A program made the position numbers and the translations under genes. A DNA stretch of 64,000 nucleotides from positions 23,500,001 to 23,564,000 of the forward strand of contig NW_024704743.1 of the NCBI RefSeq assembly GCF_018977255.1. Direction: 5' to 3'. Under the pieces are notes generated by a model. The model was given only the letters and a program-made list of their open reading frames with translations. It was not told the DNA's origin and searched no databases. Position 1 is the stretch's first letter, and each line of letters opens with the position of its first letter. Source of the stretch: Callorhinchus milii. Taxonomy: Eukaryota. Below, in pieces: positions 23,681 to 35,915 of the stretch.

Positions 23681-24372
23681 TATGAGACGAGCTCTGAAAG
23701 GCCAAAAAAAACTCCAATGTACAAATATTTGTTGGTTCTGTACTCTCACCTTGATGCTATTAAACGTTAATTGGCTAGGCGCTGAACAAAAGAATACAGT
23801 ACATAAGAATTTCTGGGAGAATATATAAATAATTGTGTCCAACAGGCCTAGTTTCTATCTTTCTATCACATAAACCTCCTGTTTATCACTAAAAACGGTC
23901 ACTCTGCTAGATAGTAATTACTTGACAGGATGTGCTTTGAGATGTTCCAACTTGATAAATTGCAATAAAAATACAAGTTCCCTCTTTTTATTTCTAGTCA
24001 GCTTCCCTCGTAATTCATTCCACGAGACTCAATGGAAAGAAAACATTGTGCATGACTTCCCTTTTTACTGTTACTTTCATAATTTTACCTTGTGCTCCTT
24101 TCACCAGAGTAAATAGTTTACCTGGATCCTCTTGTATGCTTGAAAATTTCAATTGAGTCAGCTTGATAACTCCTTTCTCTGCAAAGAGAACAAGACAGTG
24201 TGCTCTAAAACAGTGAGTAACACAAACCATATTCACAAAAGGTTTGTGAAAGTGAAATCCTGAACCTTTATCTGGTGTGTGTCAGGCTGACCTGATGGTA
24301 ACCTGTTTTCCTGATGACTGTGATCCACACCTGGTTATGAATATGATGCAAGCCTTTGTAGATTCTGGTACA

Positions 24373-24500
24373 AATAATAATAATAATATAATAATCCTTG
24401 CATTTGATATAGCGCTTTTCACGTCTTCTCAACGTCTCAAAGCGCTTCACAGAATATTGCTGTAAAGTGAATTGACCGTATATTTGTAGCCGAAACTCAG
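24373..24500 (-). mobile_element. SINE tail, 5'-truncated
   Basis: CCTTGCATTTGATATAGCGCTTTTCACGTCTTCTCAACGTCTCAAAGCGCTTCACAG. Confidence 0.85.
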
Positions 24501-24717
24501 CCTGTTGGATCCCCTAGCTCTTAACCTTTCCTCAACACTTATACAACTCATCACAAGATTATCTGTGTTGGTCACCATCCCCTATAATTAAATAACTAAA
24601 ACTGCTTGCAATATCTGAGTTGGAGTTGGGGCTACACATCGTGTGGCAATTTGGGCTTTAATTTGTGAGATTCACAAAAAGATCCCTACGTGAAAAAGCG
24701 CTAACCAAATGGCCAGA

Positions 24718-25036
24718 TAATAATAATAATCCTTGCATTTGATATAGCGCTTTTCACGTCGGGAGGACGTCCCAAAGCGCTTCACAGAATATACTGTAAA
24801 GTGAATTGACTGTATATTTGTGGGTGAACGCGGCAGCCAATTGCGCACAGCAATGTCCCACAAACAGTCGTGGATTGAAAATGACCAATTTATTATTGTT
24901 TTTGGTTTTGGAGGGATTATTATTAGGCTCTGTGTGGAGTAAGGAAACTTGCCCAAGGTTTCGCCCTCTGCCTGGAATTCAACTCAGGTCTCTCGCTTGC
25001 AAAGCGAGTGCTCTAACCACTGAGCTACAGGACTCC
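24718..25036 (-). mobile_element. tRNA-Ala-derived SINE, short subtype, young full length
   Basis: Perfect anticodon arm CTCGC-TTTGCAA-GCGAG; CTCCC-loop tail. Confidence 0.95.
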
Positions 25037-25164
25037 ACACCAACACAGGATCTCCATTGCAACTCCTGTGAAACCGGTTTATGGTCACGGGTGTCTCCCA
25101 GTGTCAGCCTGGGCTGGTGGGGTTTCACTAATTACCTGCAGCATTCACTATTGACAAAGCGTCT

Positions 25165-25580
25165 TCATAGAAACAGCACAGAAGGAGACCATTCGGCCCA
25201 TCGTGACCATGCCAGCTCTTTGAAAGAGCTGTCCAAATTAAATTAATCCCACTCCCCCATTCTCTCTCCATAGCACTGCAAATTTGTCCTCCCCAAATAC
25301 CTATCTACTTCCTTCTTGAACGTTATTATCGAATCAGCTTCCACAACCCTTTCAGGCAATGCATTCTAGATCCAAACAACTCGCTATGTGAAAAAAAATT
25401 CTCCTCACCTGCCCTCTGGTTCTATTGGCAACTATTTTAAATCTGTGACCTCTGGTTACCGACCCACCTGCCAGTGGAAACAGTTTCTCCCTGTTCACCC
25501 TATCAAATCCCCTCATAATTTTGAACACCTCTATTAAATCTCCCCTTAACCTTCTCTGCACCAAGGAGAATGATCCTAGT
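25165..25580 (-). mobile_element. CR1 LINE 3' end
   Basis: ORF QRRLRGDLIEVFKIMRGFDRVNREKLFPL...TRGHRFKI; 3' end GATGGGCCGAATGGTCTCCTTCTGTGCTG. Confidence 0.92.
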
Positions 25581-28189
25581 AATAGTTAATAATCTTGTAA
25601 ATCTTTTACTTTTTGCTCCTACCTATGCCAATCTAATGGCATTCTGACTACTGACATACGAGTACATCTCTGCTAATATATGTCACACCACTACAAAGTG
25701 AAGTGCATCTTCAATTGGCCCTGTAATAGTGAGACAAGTTACATTTTAGCAGCTATTTTGATTGTGGATTCCAATTTGCAAATTGGTCCCAAAGATAACC
25801 AGTTTAGGATCACTGCCTATCTGCTAATGCAGCCAGTTACTTTGTCCAGTTTAATATGATACCAAAAAATGTGAAAAAGCAGGGTGTTCAGAGAAAAGAA
25901 ATAGAATTCAGACATCTACAGAGATGTTTAAAATTGACAAACTGAATTGAAATTGATGTTCAACATTGAAAGATGCTAAGCTTTTGTTGCTGAGATTAGC
26001 AAATGTGATTTTTTTGTGAACCCCCGCCCCACACACACACACACGTACAAAGAGTCTTTTTAAAATTTGCTCAATCAGCGATAGTGGGCTGACGAATATA
26101 TTTTGTGGACTCTGGCGGCAGTGTCTGAGTGCTGCTTCACAGGATACTGGTTGAGTTAAAACATTATCTAATTTTTAGCTGAACAAATCGGGCATTCTCC
26201 ATTATCAGGATCATGGGAATGTTCAGGCCCAACCATGGTGCCGTAGCTGGAGTGGTGTTTAGAAGACCTTTCTGTTCTTTAAATCATTTTCAGATTGTTT
26301 CCCATGCTTCTTGTTCCCCTTGGCTAGAAGACTAGTATTAGTCCGAAACTAATGGCCATGGCACTCTGTCATTTACCCCTTGGAGGTGCTTGATTCGGAA
26401 GGATTGCCTGGCTCAATGATTGTCTCTCCCTCCCAGCCCATCTCGCAATGTGAGGATCAGTCAGTACACAATAAGCAAACAATATGGGGATTACTGAGAG
26501 GATTGCTAATGAGGTGGGTGTTGAAGATTGTGAACAAGTGAGTTTCTCCTGGACAACAATCATCCAGATTCATTAATTGCTTAACTCATGATTATGGGAC
26601 TTTACTGTGCGCAATCATTCAAAAGTGAACTAGATAAATACCTAAAAAGAGCCGGCACGAACAAGATGGTTCTAAACAGTTGCAGCATTTGCCTATGAAA
26701 ATAGTTACTACACTTGACACAAATTACTTGTGAAACACCTTTGAAATGCTTCAACGTGATAAAGCTTTATAAAATGCAAGTTCTTTCCTCTTTCTTTATA
26801 CTAATGGTCACAGCTGGAGTCAAACTGCACATCGGCATAACCCACTTGAATACTAAAATCACATAATTAATGAAGCACACAAAGCAAAAAAGATTCTATG
26901 CATATTTGCTCATATCTCCACTTACATTTATGCCTCTGAATGCACAAGTAAGTCCATAAAGAGGGAAACTGTGCTCATTGCATTTTATATTCCATCTGTA
27001 TCTCAGTCTTCAGTTCAACTCATAACATTTGAACTGCTGTTTGATTTATTTCTAAAGCCTTCAATGTCAACAATCCTTTCACCAGGGGAGTTTTGTGAAC
27101 ACTGCTTACTCTCCTGGTTTATTGTACTCAATTAGTTACTATTTACACATATATTCTGGCTTAGAGAACAGGGACAGGAGCAACCACCGCGGCAGGTCTT
27201 AAAAGGATGTTGCCAATTTCCTATCTTTGATCAGCGCACCACAGAAGACCACTCACTCTCAAGTTTTCCTGCTTATTCCGCATCTTAGCAATGTAAATGT
27301 GATAAGTTCAGTTTTATCAGAACCAGTTACCTATGAATGCGTCACCCCATTCTCTGCTGCTAATTTATTAGCCCTCACTACAACATTCAGTTGAATTTAA
27401 TAAATAACTGTTTCCAAGAACCAAGTCCCATTAAAACGAGAGAATTTGGCCCAGTAAAATTAATCAATGATTACTCACTCGCAACCATTGAGCCGGCACC
27501 TTTCAGCAATGCTGCTGCATTGGTAATTGACTGCAAGGTTGTATTACTGTTGATAAAATGTTTGACACAATCAGCAAAGGTTTGGGTACATCAAGCGAAA
27601 TCTGACATTTTCAGAAGCAAGGCTCCTCTTGTGTTGCTTGGGAAATTATTTCTGCCTGAACCTCTTTTGTAGTAAAGAATGTAAAGGTTACTCGTAGTCA
27701 TAGTCATTGAAGATAAATGAGAACTGAATGCACTGATGAGCAATTTCTGTCTGCAAAACCTCTTGAAAGAGGATTAATTTTTTTTTTGCAAATTGCTGTC
27801 ACATATCCACATTTGAACAGTTATTGAAATCTGCGAGGTTGAAACCAAACAAAAATCTCTCCCAACAAAAGCAAATACGCGTGTGTGCATTATCCCCTCT
27901 TTATTTCTCTCCTTCATCATTCCTTATGTGTTGCCTTCTGCTTTGTAACATGTAACACGTACTCCTCCTACAGTTCACTAACAGATGAGTAAGCAAATGA
28001 ACAATGGATTTCCTGTGAAAATCTGACAATCTGACAGTTCTGCAGTCAGACTGTGGACAAGGACAAGGTTCTTTTGTGGCGTAGGGCAGGAGAGTATTAA
28101 TGAGATGTGGGACACCAGTTCTTTTCTCCACTCTGCTGAGTTTCTGATCTCCCAGCACATTTCTTTGCAATGTTTTCTGCAGATTTTCT

Positions 28190-28345
28190 CCAATGTTGTG
28201 AATTTGCTGATGGCACCAAGCTAATATATCCAAATGGCAAGTTTAAAGGAGACTGATGATGTTTTGGATAGCAGCCTGGACAAATCCAGTCTGTGAACAT
28301 AGAGAAGCAATGGATTTTACTGCAGATAAATGTAAGGGAATGCAC
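28190..28345 (+). mobile_element. ancient CR1 RT fossil
   Basis: GAATTTGCTGATGGCACCAAGCTA = EFADGTKL (FADDTKL); later QMDFTADKCK-like (CR1 QMKFNVDKCK). Confidence 0.55.
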
Positions 28346-28794
28346 AATGGAAGCAGGAAATTGTAAGGATACGGATAGTGAATGGAAGTCATTGAACAGA
28401 GGTGAAAAAGGGAAAAGGAGTGGGGTGTGTTTATTGACCCTTCACTAAAGCACCCATTTAGTGTGAATTCTGCATGATGATTAAATCCTACAAGGCTAAA
28501 CACCCTGTAGAATTTATTTCAAGAACATTTGATTATAAACGCACGCAGGTTATTTTGAATGTATAAGTCATTTAGTTCTGGATCTTTCCAATAAAAAGAA
28601 AAATGCTGAAAGTACACAACTGGGTGATTGGGTTCAGGTGAAGGAATCATTCCCACAATGTCAATCCGTTTCTCTTTTAGACTCTAATTGACCTGCTGTG
28701 AAATTCCAGCATTTCCTGTTTTTTNAATGTTACTGCATTTGTGGCACCCGTCTTTTAGAGGCACGCTGATCATTAGATGGAGTTCTGAGCTGAT

Positions 28795-29070
28795 GATCAA
28801 CCTGACTCAGACAGTAGCACTATCTCCTCTGAGTCAGAAGGTCTGTGGTTCAAGCCCCACGCTGAGACTTCAAACTCATAAAATAATTATAATAATAATA
28901 ATAATCCTTGCATCTGATATAGTGCCTTATTACTTCTTCGAGACATCTCAAAGGGCTAGCTGGGGTTGTGCTGTATTGATGGAGGTGCCATCCTTTCGAT
29001 GCGACATTAAACCAAAGTCCTTCTTGTCTTTGGTCATAAGCTTCATGGCTATTTCTGAGACAATGCTGTG
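28795..29070 (+). mobile_element. Deu-type SINE fragment with an inverted SINE tail inserted (~28885-28955)
   Basis: GAGTCAGAAGGTCTGTGGTTCAAGCCCCAC head; GGAGGTGCCATCCTTTCGATGCGACATTAAACC. Confidence 0.7.
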
Positions 29071-31054
29071 CAACTGGGAAGCACTTCTTTGTCATAAATG
29101 TACAGTAACTAGTGTTGTGCTTGTTGTCATTTTGAACTTCAATCTCCGTTCACTGGGTATCAAGATGCTGGCCAGTATAGTCAAGAGCAGTAAAGCTGCT
29201 TGATGCAGAAATGTGGCAGCTATTACACTCCCTTATTTATAACTCCCAACTAAAGTAAAATATTAATTCAAATAACTTGTCATACTTTATAATCACAATT
29301 GTGTTATAAATGAAAGCTTGTGGCAAACTATAACATGAGGGAACAGTTTTCAGGCCGTTGAGTCTGATCCTCCTGTTTATTTGATCAATGCTAATCTTTT
29401 AATACTATTATTCCATTACTCTTAATACCCTTCCTTCCTGATTATCTGTCTCTCCTTTAAAAATCTATCTCTATTGAATCAGTGTTTTATCTGTCCATAG
29501 AATGGGCCCCAGCCAACTCAAGGATTCTTTACAAAGTGTACAGTGTGTCTGAAGCATCTCTTGGGGGCAAAACTGCCATGTTAACGTCTTGCCTTGGGTC
29601 ATAAAAAGCACTTTGAGACGTAAACTATTTTCTGCAAGGACTTGGTGTGCATCATGCTGAGTGTCAAGACCTCACCTCTGATCTAAGGTTGTCTCAGAGC
29701 CGAGATCTGGCAATTTGACAAGAAGTACCTGGGATTCCTTGCGAAAAGCGCAGCGTAAGAGGAAACAGCAACTCCTCGCTTTTGCTATTCAGTTGCTTTT
29801 CTCATTGTCATTTTCCAGGAGTGAGCTGCATATAATCGCTCACTAAGCTATCAACGATGAAGTCACAGCGGCTAATCCTTCAGTGACAACCGCCTCATTC
29901 ATCAGCTGCTCAAGGATGTGCTGGCCTTTCATATAGGTCATGACGTGAGCTGCCAGACTGAGAAAAACAACGTGAAAATAAAAATCGAACTGGCCACACC
30001 AACTCCACAGTCTGGTTTGTAAAGTTAATGCAACAAACGAATTGAAAGGCAACAATCTCACCTTGAATTCAGATACTAATAATTAATGTTTCAAGGTCCA
30101 TCCTGTCCTCTGAACCTCTGGAATGCTTAGTAATCACTCCTGAGGATGGGTTATTCTCGACATTGAGGTACAACATACGATATTCGCAATCCGGAAGTCA
30201 TTGTGCTCGTAGCAACTTCCATTTGGCCACTTCAGTTGTGACATTCAGAAACAAATTTGATTTAAAAAAATCACAAAACCATTCCAAAGGTCCCGAAGGC
30301 AGTTTTGGGGCCAGTCTTTTGCTCTGTAACAATCTAATCCAGGTCGCTGAGGATCACAAATCAGAACTATGATCAAGGCTGGCTTTTTATTTTCGCTCAA
30401 TTTCTCAGACAAAACAGATGGGAAATCAAATCACTGGTCACACAACAGCTAGTGGTAGCCTTTGGAATTAGAATTTTTTCCTGATTTTCATAGCAAATCC
30501 CCAAATCTCATTTGCAAATCTGAAGACAAAATTAGGACAGCGGTGTCCACTTTGTTCTTGTCTGATTTTCGACCGCCTTAAGCGCAGGGTAACCCAGTCA
30601 ACAGGCTACAGATTATTTCTCAATAAATTCAAAGTAACTGTATCACAGACATTTATCCTTGACTGAATATTAACACACATCAGCAATAAGGTGTGCATTG
30701 AAAGCTACTGTCAACACATAAACAGACACCAAACTGAATTTCTTATTAAAATAACTGATATCCCTGGGTGATTATAAATCTCACACAGGTCTTTGAATGA
30801 TGGCTATAAACCATGTCATTTATACTTGATATGGTTACTGTATGAAATCATTCCCTCCTTATTGTTTATGAACTTGAAGGAATTTTTTGTATTTTTGAAG
30901 GAAATATTACAGACTTTGTGCTTGTTTTTTTTATTTACTTTATATCAGACAGAATACTATTTTATGCAGTGTTATTGAAGTGTCTTGGAAATAATCTGCT
31001 TTGAAGAATTGAAGCCTCATGATTCAGTGTGACATTATTTGTCTTTCCTCCTTT

Positions 31055-31112
31055 CAGGAAAAGCATTTGTATTCCTGGAACTGACTCAGAAATGACTCGG
31101 CTCATTTCCTGA
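31055..31112. promoter_or_regulatory. candidate enhancer motif cluster (GAS/STAT, AP-1, ETS cores)
   Basis: TTCCTGGAA 31072-31080, TGACTCA 31082-31088, TGACTCG 31093-31099, CAGGAA 31055, TTTCCTG 31105. Confidence 0.3.
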
Positions 31113-32549
31113 AGTGCAGCTCGTGCCTCAAAACCCCAAGAAGGTCGTTCAGCCCTTGTGGGGTTAACGGCAATTCCCTTTCACTTTGTGACACAATTGC
31201 AAGGCTCGTGTTTAATGGGAGTTTAGGAGTAAAATGCTAATGAGCTTTTCAGTTCTCCGGGTCAATGTTCGAATCACAGGCAAGCTGTTGTTCATGAGAT
31301 GTAACAACTCATTGCCTTTCTACTCCAGGATTCATTCTGTCTCCCCTTTTCATTCCTGTTATCTGCAACAGTGGCCAAGCGTTGAGCTGTGCTGGCATAG
31401 AATTTCAGATGCAGCGAGTTTCCAGCCAACTCCTTTGAGGATCAGTCTTGCTTTGATTATCATTAGTTTTGCTAGAAAAAAAATGAAAATTTGCCATTGA
31501 TAGATATAGCTACCAGCAAAAGAAATATTTTGTCTGTTGAGTTTTCAGAGGGAAAAGCGGAAAGGTAGAGGGTGGGGGGAGGGGGCGCACAGTTGTATTC
31601 TAACTTTTTATATCTCTGACACATAGCAAAATAATTAGTATCATATTCGTCTCTACTTGAACTCTCAGGAGTTAAATGTTTTTCAAAGCTGGCATTAGTA
31701 TGTGAGCCAGCCTTGTAATTTTAGCTATTCAGACGCATCAGATTTATGATTAACTTCACTAGCTGTTCTGAGGTTGATCTGTATCTGCGGAGCTGTGCAG
31801 CATTATTGATAAGCCTGACTGGCATTGCAGTGTATGTAAAACGTTTGGTGTGTTCGCATTATTTCATTCAGCTGGAGCAGCTACCTGTAGGCAGGTCGAG
31901 TACTTATGCAAATATTTGATCTTTATGCATTACTTCATCAGTTCATGAAGAGCCCATTTGGTATCTTGATAGTGGCATCGTGTTCACTCACCGAAATGTC
32001 ATTTTCAGTTCATGATTGTTTACAGTGACATAGATCGGTTGCCAATGGAATCCAAAAGGATTGTTTGGATGCAGGCTGCTGCTCCTGGGTCCTATCCCAG
32101 AAACAATAGTGTGAGATTACAACATGTCAAATATATATAAATGTATATATAAATACAATATGTATACCTCACTGCTTCTCGGCCTCACCCCTCTTTATCT
32201 CTCTGTAAATCCCACCTGAAGCCTGCCTCTTCAACCATGCCTATATCACCATTCCTCCCCCTTCTCCCCTGCTCATGTCTTTATCCACCACTGTGCAGTT
32301 CTCAGAAACGCTATCCTATATGAAGGGACCTATATAAAGGCAAATTATTGCTTTGTTTGGTTACGGCTGTATGGAGTACTGCTTCATTGCAATGGTTCTG
32401 TTTCCAGAAGAACTTAGAATAACTGAAAAGACGAAAAGACTTTGTACACAATATCCACTTTTAATATGCTTTTTTATGTTATGAAAAACTACAATTTCTT
32501 CCTCTCTTGAATTTGTCCAATTCCTTCTAATGAGTCACAGTTGCACAGA

Positions 32550-32812
32550 CACCAGTCACCACCCAGTACCTCACTAGAATGGTCATTATTCATGTTTGAG
32601 CCTTGACAGTAGGTATTGGTTGTCCTGCCCCTGTAAGCATCATCCTGTCCTTACTCCACTTCAGTGAGGAGGGGGAGAGGGGTCCCTGGATAGCAATAAG
32701 AAGTATTAACCCTGACTGATTTCTCTTTCTCTGCCCATGCCCTTTCCATCCAACTATATCACCTCCATTGCTGCGCACAAGCACAGACTAGAACTTGGGC
32801 TTTCCTGGTGCC
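32550..32812 (-). mobile_element. ancient SINE-like repeat of a third family
   Basis: Diverged relatives at ~360-430, ~920-1050, ~18960-19085, ~41600-41830 and ~58690-58745. Confidence 0.45.
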
Positions 32813-32849
32813 CAAATTCTCATCACGTTACCCGTAAGCCCATTGTCTT

Positions 32850-33570
32850 AACATGTAAGGCGTCAGGTTCGACCCCCAATTATCCTTCCTCCCTCACATC
32901 CAGTCCCTCACCAGCACTGCTTTCTTCCACCTCCAACGCATCGCCCGTCTCCGCCAATACCTCACTCCAAAAGCTGCTGAAACCCTGGTCCATGCCTTTT
33001 TCACCTCTCGGCTGGACTATTCAAATGCCCTCCTCGCCGGTCTCCCCTCCACTGCCATCCATAAAATCCAGGTCATACAAAACTCTGCCGCCCGCATTCT
33101 TACCTGCACCAAACTCCGCTCCCCGATTACCCCAGTCCTTGCCAGATTGCAATGGCTGCCTATCCCAAAGAGGATCGACTTCAAGATCCTCACCCTTGTC
33201 TTCAAATCCCTCCACTCCTCTGCACCCCCCTACCTCTCTGACTTCCTCTCTCCTCACAACAGTGCCCGTTGCCTTCGTTTCACTGGGTCTGGCATCCTCC
33301 TTGTCCCTTGAGTCCTCCGCTCAACCCTCGGCGGCCGTGCCTTCAGCCACTACGCCCCGAGGCTCTGGGACTCCCTTCCTCACTCCCTTTGCCTCGCCCC
33401 CTCTCTTCCTATTTTCAGGTCTCGGCTGAAGACCTTTCTTTTCAACCGCGCCTTTGGTCACCTTCCTACCCCTCCCCCTGCTCAGCCCCAGGATCCGTTA
33501 CTGTGAAGCGCTCAGAGACGCCGTCCGGTGTGGAGGGCACTGTATAAATCCAAGTGGTTGTTGTTGTTGT
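32850..33570 (+). mobile_element. L2 3' fragment, second lineage (GTCC/GTCT loop)
   Basis: Encodes AAETLVHAF.TSRLDYSNALL, QNSAARIL, LPIPKRIDFKIL; tail GAAGCGCTCAGAGACGCCGTCCGGTGTGGAGGGCAC...(TTG)n. Confidence 0.9.
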
Positions 33571-33659
33571 AAGACCTGCAGACTGCTAAGACTAAAACCA
33601 TGGGGAAATCTGACCATCAGCTGGTGTGTAAGACCCCTTGCAGCCCACTGGATACGTCA

Positions 33660-33910
33660 TTGTTAGTCGATTGGCAGATCGCTTTTCCGGGGGTAATAAT
33701 TTCGTCAATTTTTTTAAAAAAATAATAATAAATTGATCACTCAATTCACAACTGTTTGTGGTACACTGCTGTGCGCAATTGACTGCCATGTTTCATCCAC
33801 AAAATATACAGTCAGTTCACTTTACAGTATATGCTGTGAAGTGCTTTGAGACGTCTCGAAGACGTAATAAGGTGCTATATCAAATGTAAGGATTATTAAG
33901 ATTAATATTA
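33660..33910 (+). mobile_element. long-subtype SINE, 5'-truncated
   Basis: TGTTAGTCGATTGGCAGATCGCTTTTCCGGGGG...GAGACGTCTCGAAGACGTAATAAGG. Confidence 0.88.
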
Positions 33911-35621
33911 TTGTATGTTGGCATTGTAGAGATTAATTTAGATAGAATTGTGGAGATCATGCTGCTAAGGGATAATAACTCAACCATGTTTCCGCTTATT
34001 CTTATTTCAAAAATAATAATAATTGCTCATTATTCTGGCAGATAGGTTTTGTTTAGAATTGGCACAGTGACATTTTAGAGCAGGTGCAGTTGTAGTTATG
34101 TCCCACTGGACAGTCTCTGACATAATATGCATTATTTATGGCTCTCTGAGTAGCAGAAAAAAGTTGTGAAACACTCTCAGTACATAAAGTGTTTCTTTTG
34201 TACAGCTTCCAAGGAGTGTTGGAGAGAGTCTGTGGCGCGTGATTTATTTCAGCCATTTGCTTAATCAATCGCAGAGTTTGCTACTGGGAAACAGAAAATT
34301 ATGCATCTCATTAACTGACATTACCAAAACGAAGACAAGGTTAGCTTGAAAAATGTGTTGAGGTGCAAGCTACTATTGATTGATGTTGTGAAATGTGTGT
34401 GAACACAAGGGTATTTTTGGCGTTGGATCCATTTTGCAAAGATGAAGATCTGAACAAGAATCTCTACTGATAAAGAAGTCAATAACAGGCTGCACCAGGG
34501 AAGGATTAAACAAACTTCATTTTAGGAGAGATGTGATTTCCTCTAAGATAGCTGTTGATCTGTTTTTGCTTTGGCTGTATTTGCAGTTGTAATGCTTGAC
34601 CAGTTCCCAGACATGGAGTAAAATTTGCAGTTCGAATAACAACGAATGGCACAGAATTTGAACCTCCAACACTTTGTTCCCATGATGACATCTGAGAAGG
34701 CAGGCTACAGCACTCGACTTCCACCACACGTTCTGGTGTTTGCTCTTTTTGAGATTTGTGTTTATTAAAACGTCGGTATCTCACCCACCTGCAGTTGAAG
34801 GCCGTGAGCCACAAACTGCTAATCTGTTTTATCTGGATTTATTAACATATTAACGAGGCCTAATACTTTTCGGAATTAGATAAGCAGAGTATGTTCCTTT
34901 GGGCAGAGAGTGAGAAATCTATTCCAGACACAGTTGTGGTGACTATCCTTATGGGTAGGGAGGGGGGCACAGCTGTGGCTCCAAGCTGATGTGCTTAGCA
35001 AGGGAATGTCAGAATTTTGTTGGTCCTCTGTAGAGGACTTGGTAGTCCCTAACCTCATCCAAACAGGTCCGTAGTACTCCAGGGCATACTGGAGGCAGAC
35101 CAGCCAGCCTGGCTCTCATTGTGACCTAAATCTAGGTAAGTGGATGGAACACCTTCCCTTCCTTTACAGTGTTGAATGATGCAGCAAATCAGAGTTATTT
35201 TTCAGTTTCCGAATGCTCTTTTGAAAATGAGTTCGGATAAATCAGCACCTCTACTTAGCAAACTTACAACCTGATTCTTTCCACCGTTACTTACCTCTTG
35301 CTGGTCTGATTGTAATCATACATTACTCAGAGTTCCAATCTTCAAACTTCACAAGTAATTTGCCCCAAAATACTATACTTAATCTGCTGCAGCCACAGAA
35401 TCCGAGCATTCGATTTTCTCACCAATATTCTTGCCTCCTTTCCTGAAGGTGTTTGACTCCTTTTTCCTTGCACTAGGGAGAGTGGTGCTAGAAATGATGT
35501 CCTCCAGCATAAAAGAAAAATACTAACATAAACTTTATAGTGTTCACTAACAGGCAACTGGACCCTGGTTGAGGGGTTGAGAAGGGGGAGAGCCAGCACG
35601 ACCCTGTCCATGCAGGTGGTA

Positions 35622-35915
35622 CATGTAGCGGCTTGGGACGTCCTCCCAGTGTGAAAGGCACTATACAAATGTAATTGGTTGTTGTTGTAGCAGGGCCAAT
35701 TGAAACCTTGCATTTCATACAGTGCCTTATCACGTCTTCGATACAATACAAAATTACATTTGTGTAACACCTTTCACATCGGGAGGACTGTACCATGAGG
35801 ACACAGAAACAAGGCACTGGACAGTCAGAGATTTGGACCCGAGCTGGGACGTCTCAAAGCGCTTCACAGAATGTACTGTAAAGTGAATTGACTGTATATT
35901 TTGTGGGCGAAATGT
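35622..35915. mobile_element. cluster: plus-strand L2 tail, then a minus-strand SINE tail split by a minus-strand L2 tail (35742-35847)
   Basis: CACGTCTTCGA | L2 piece | GACGTCTCAAAGCGCTTCACAG. Confidence 0.8.
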
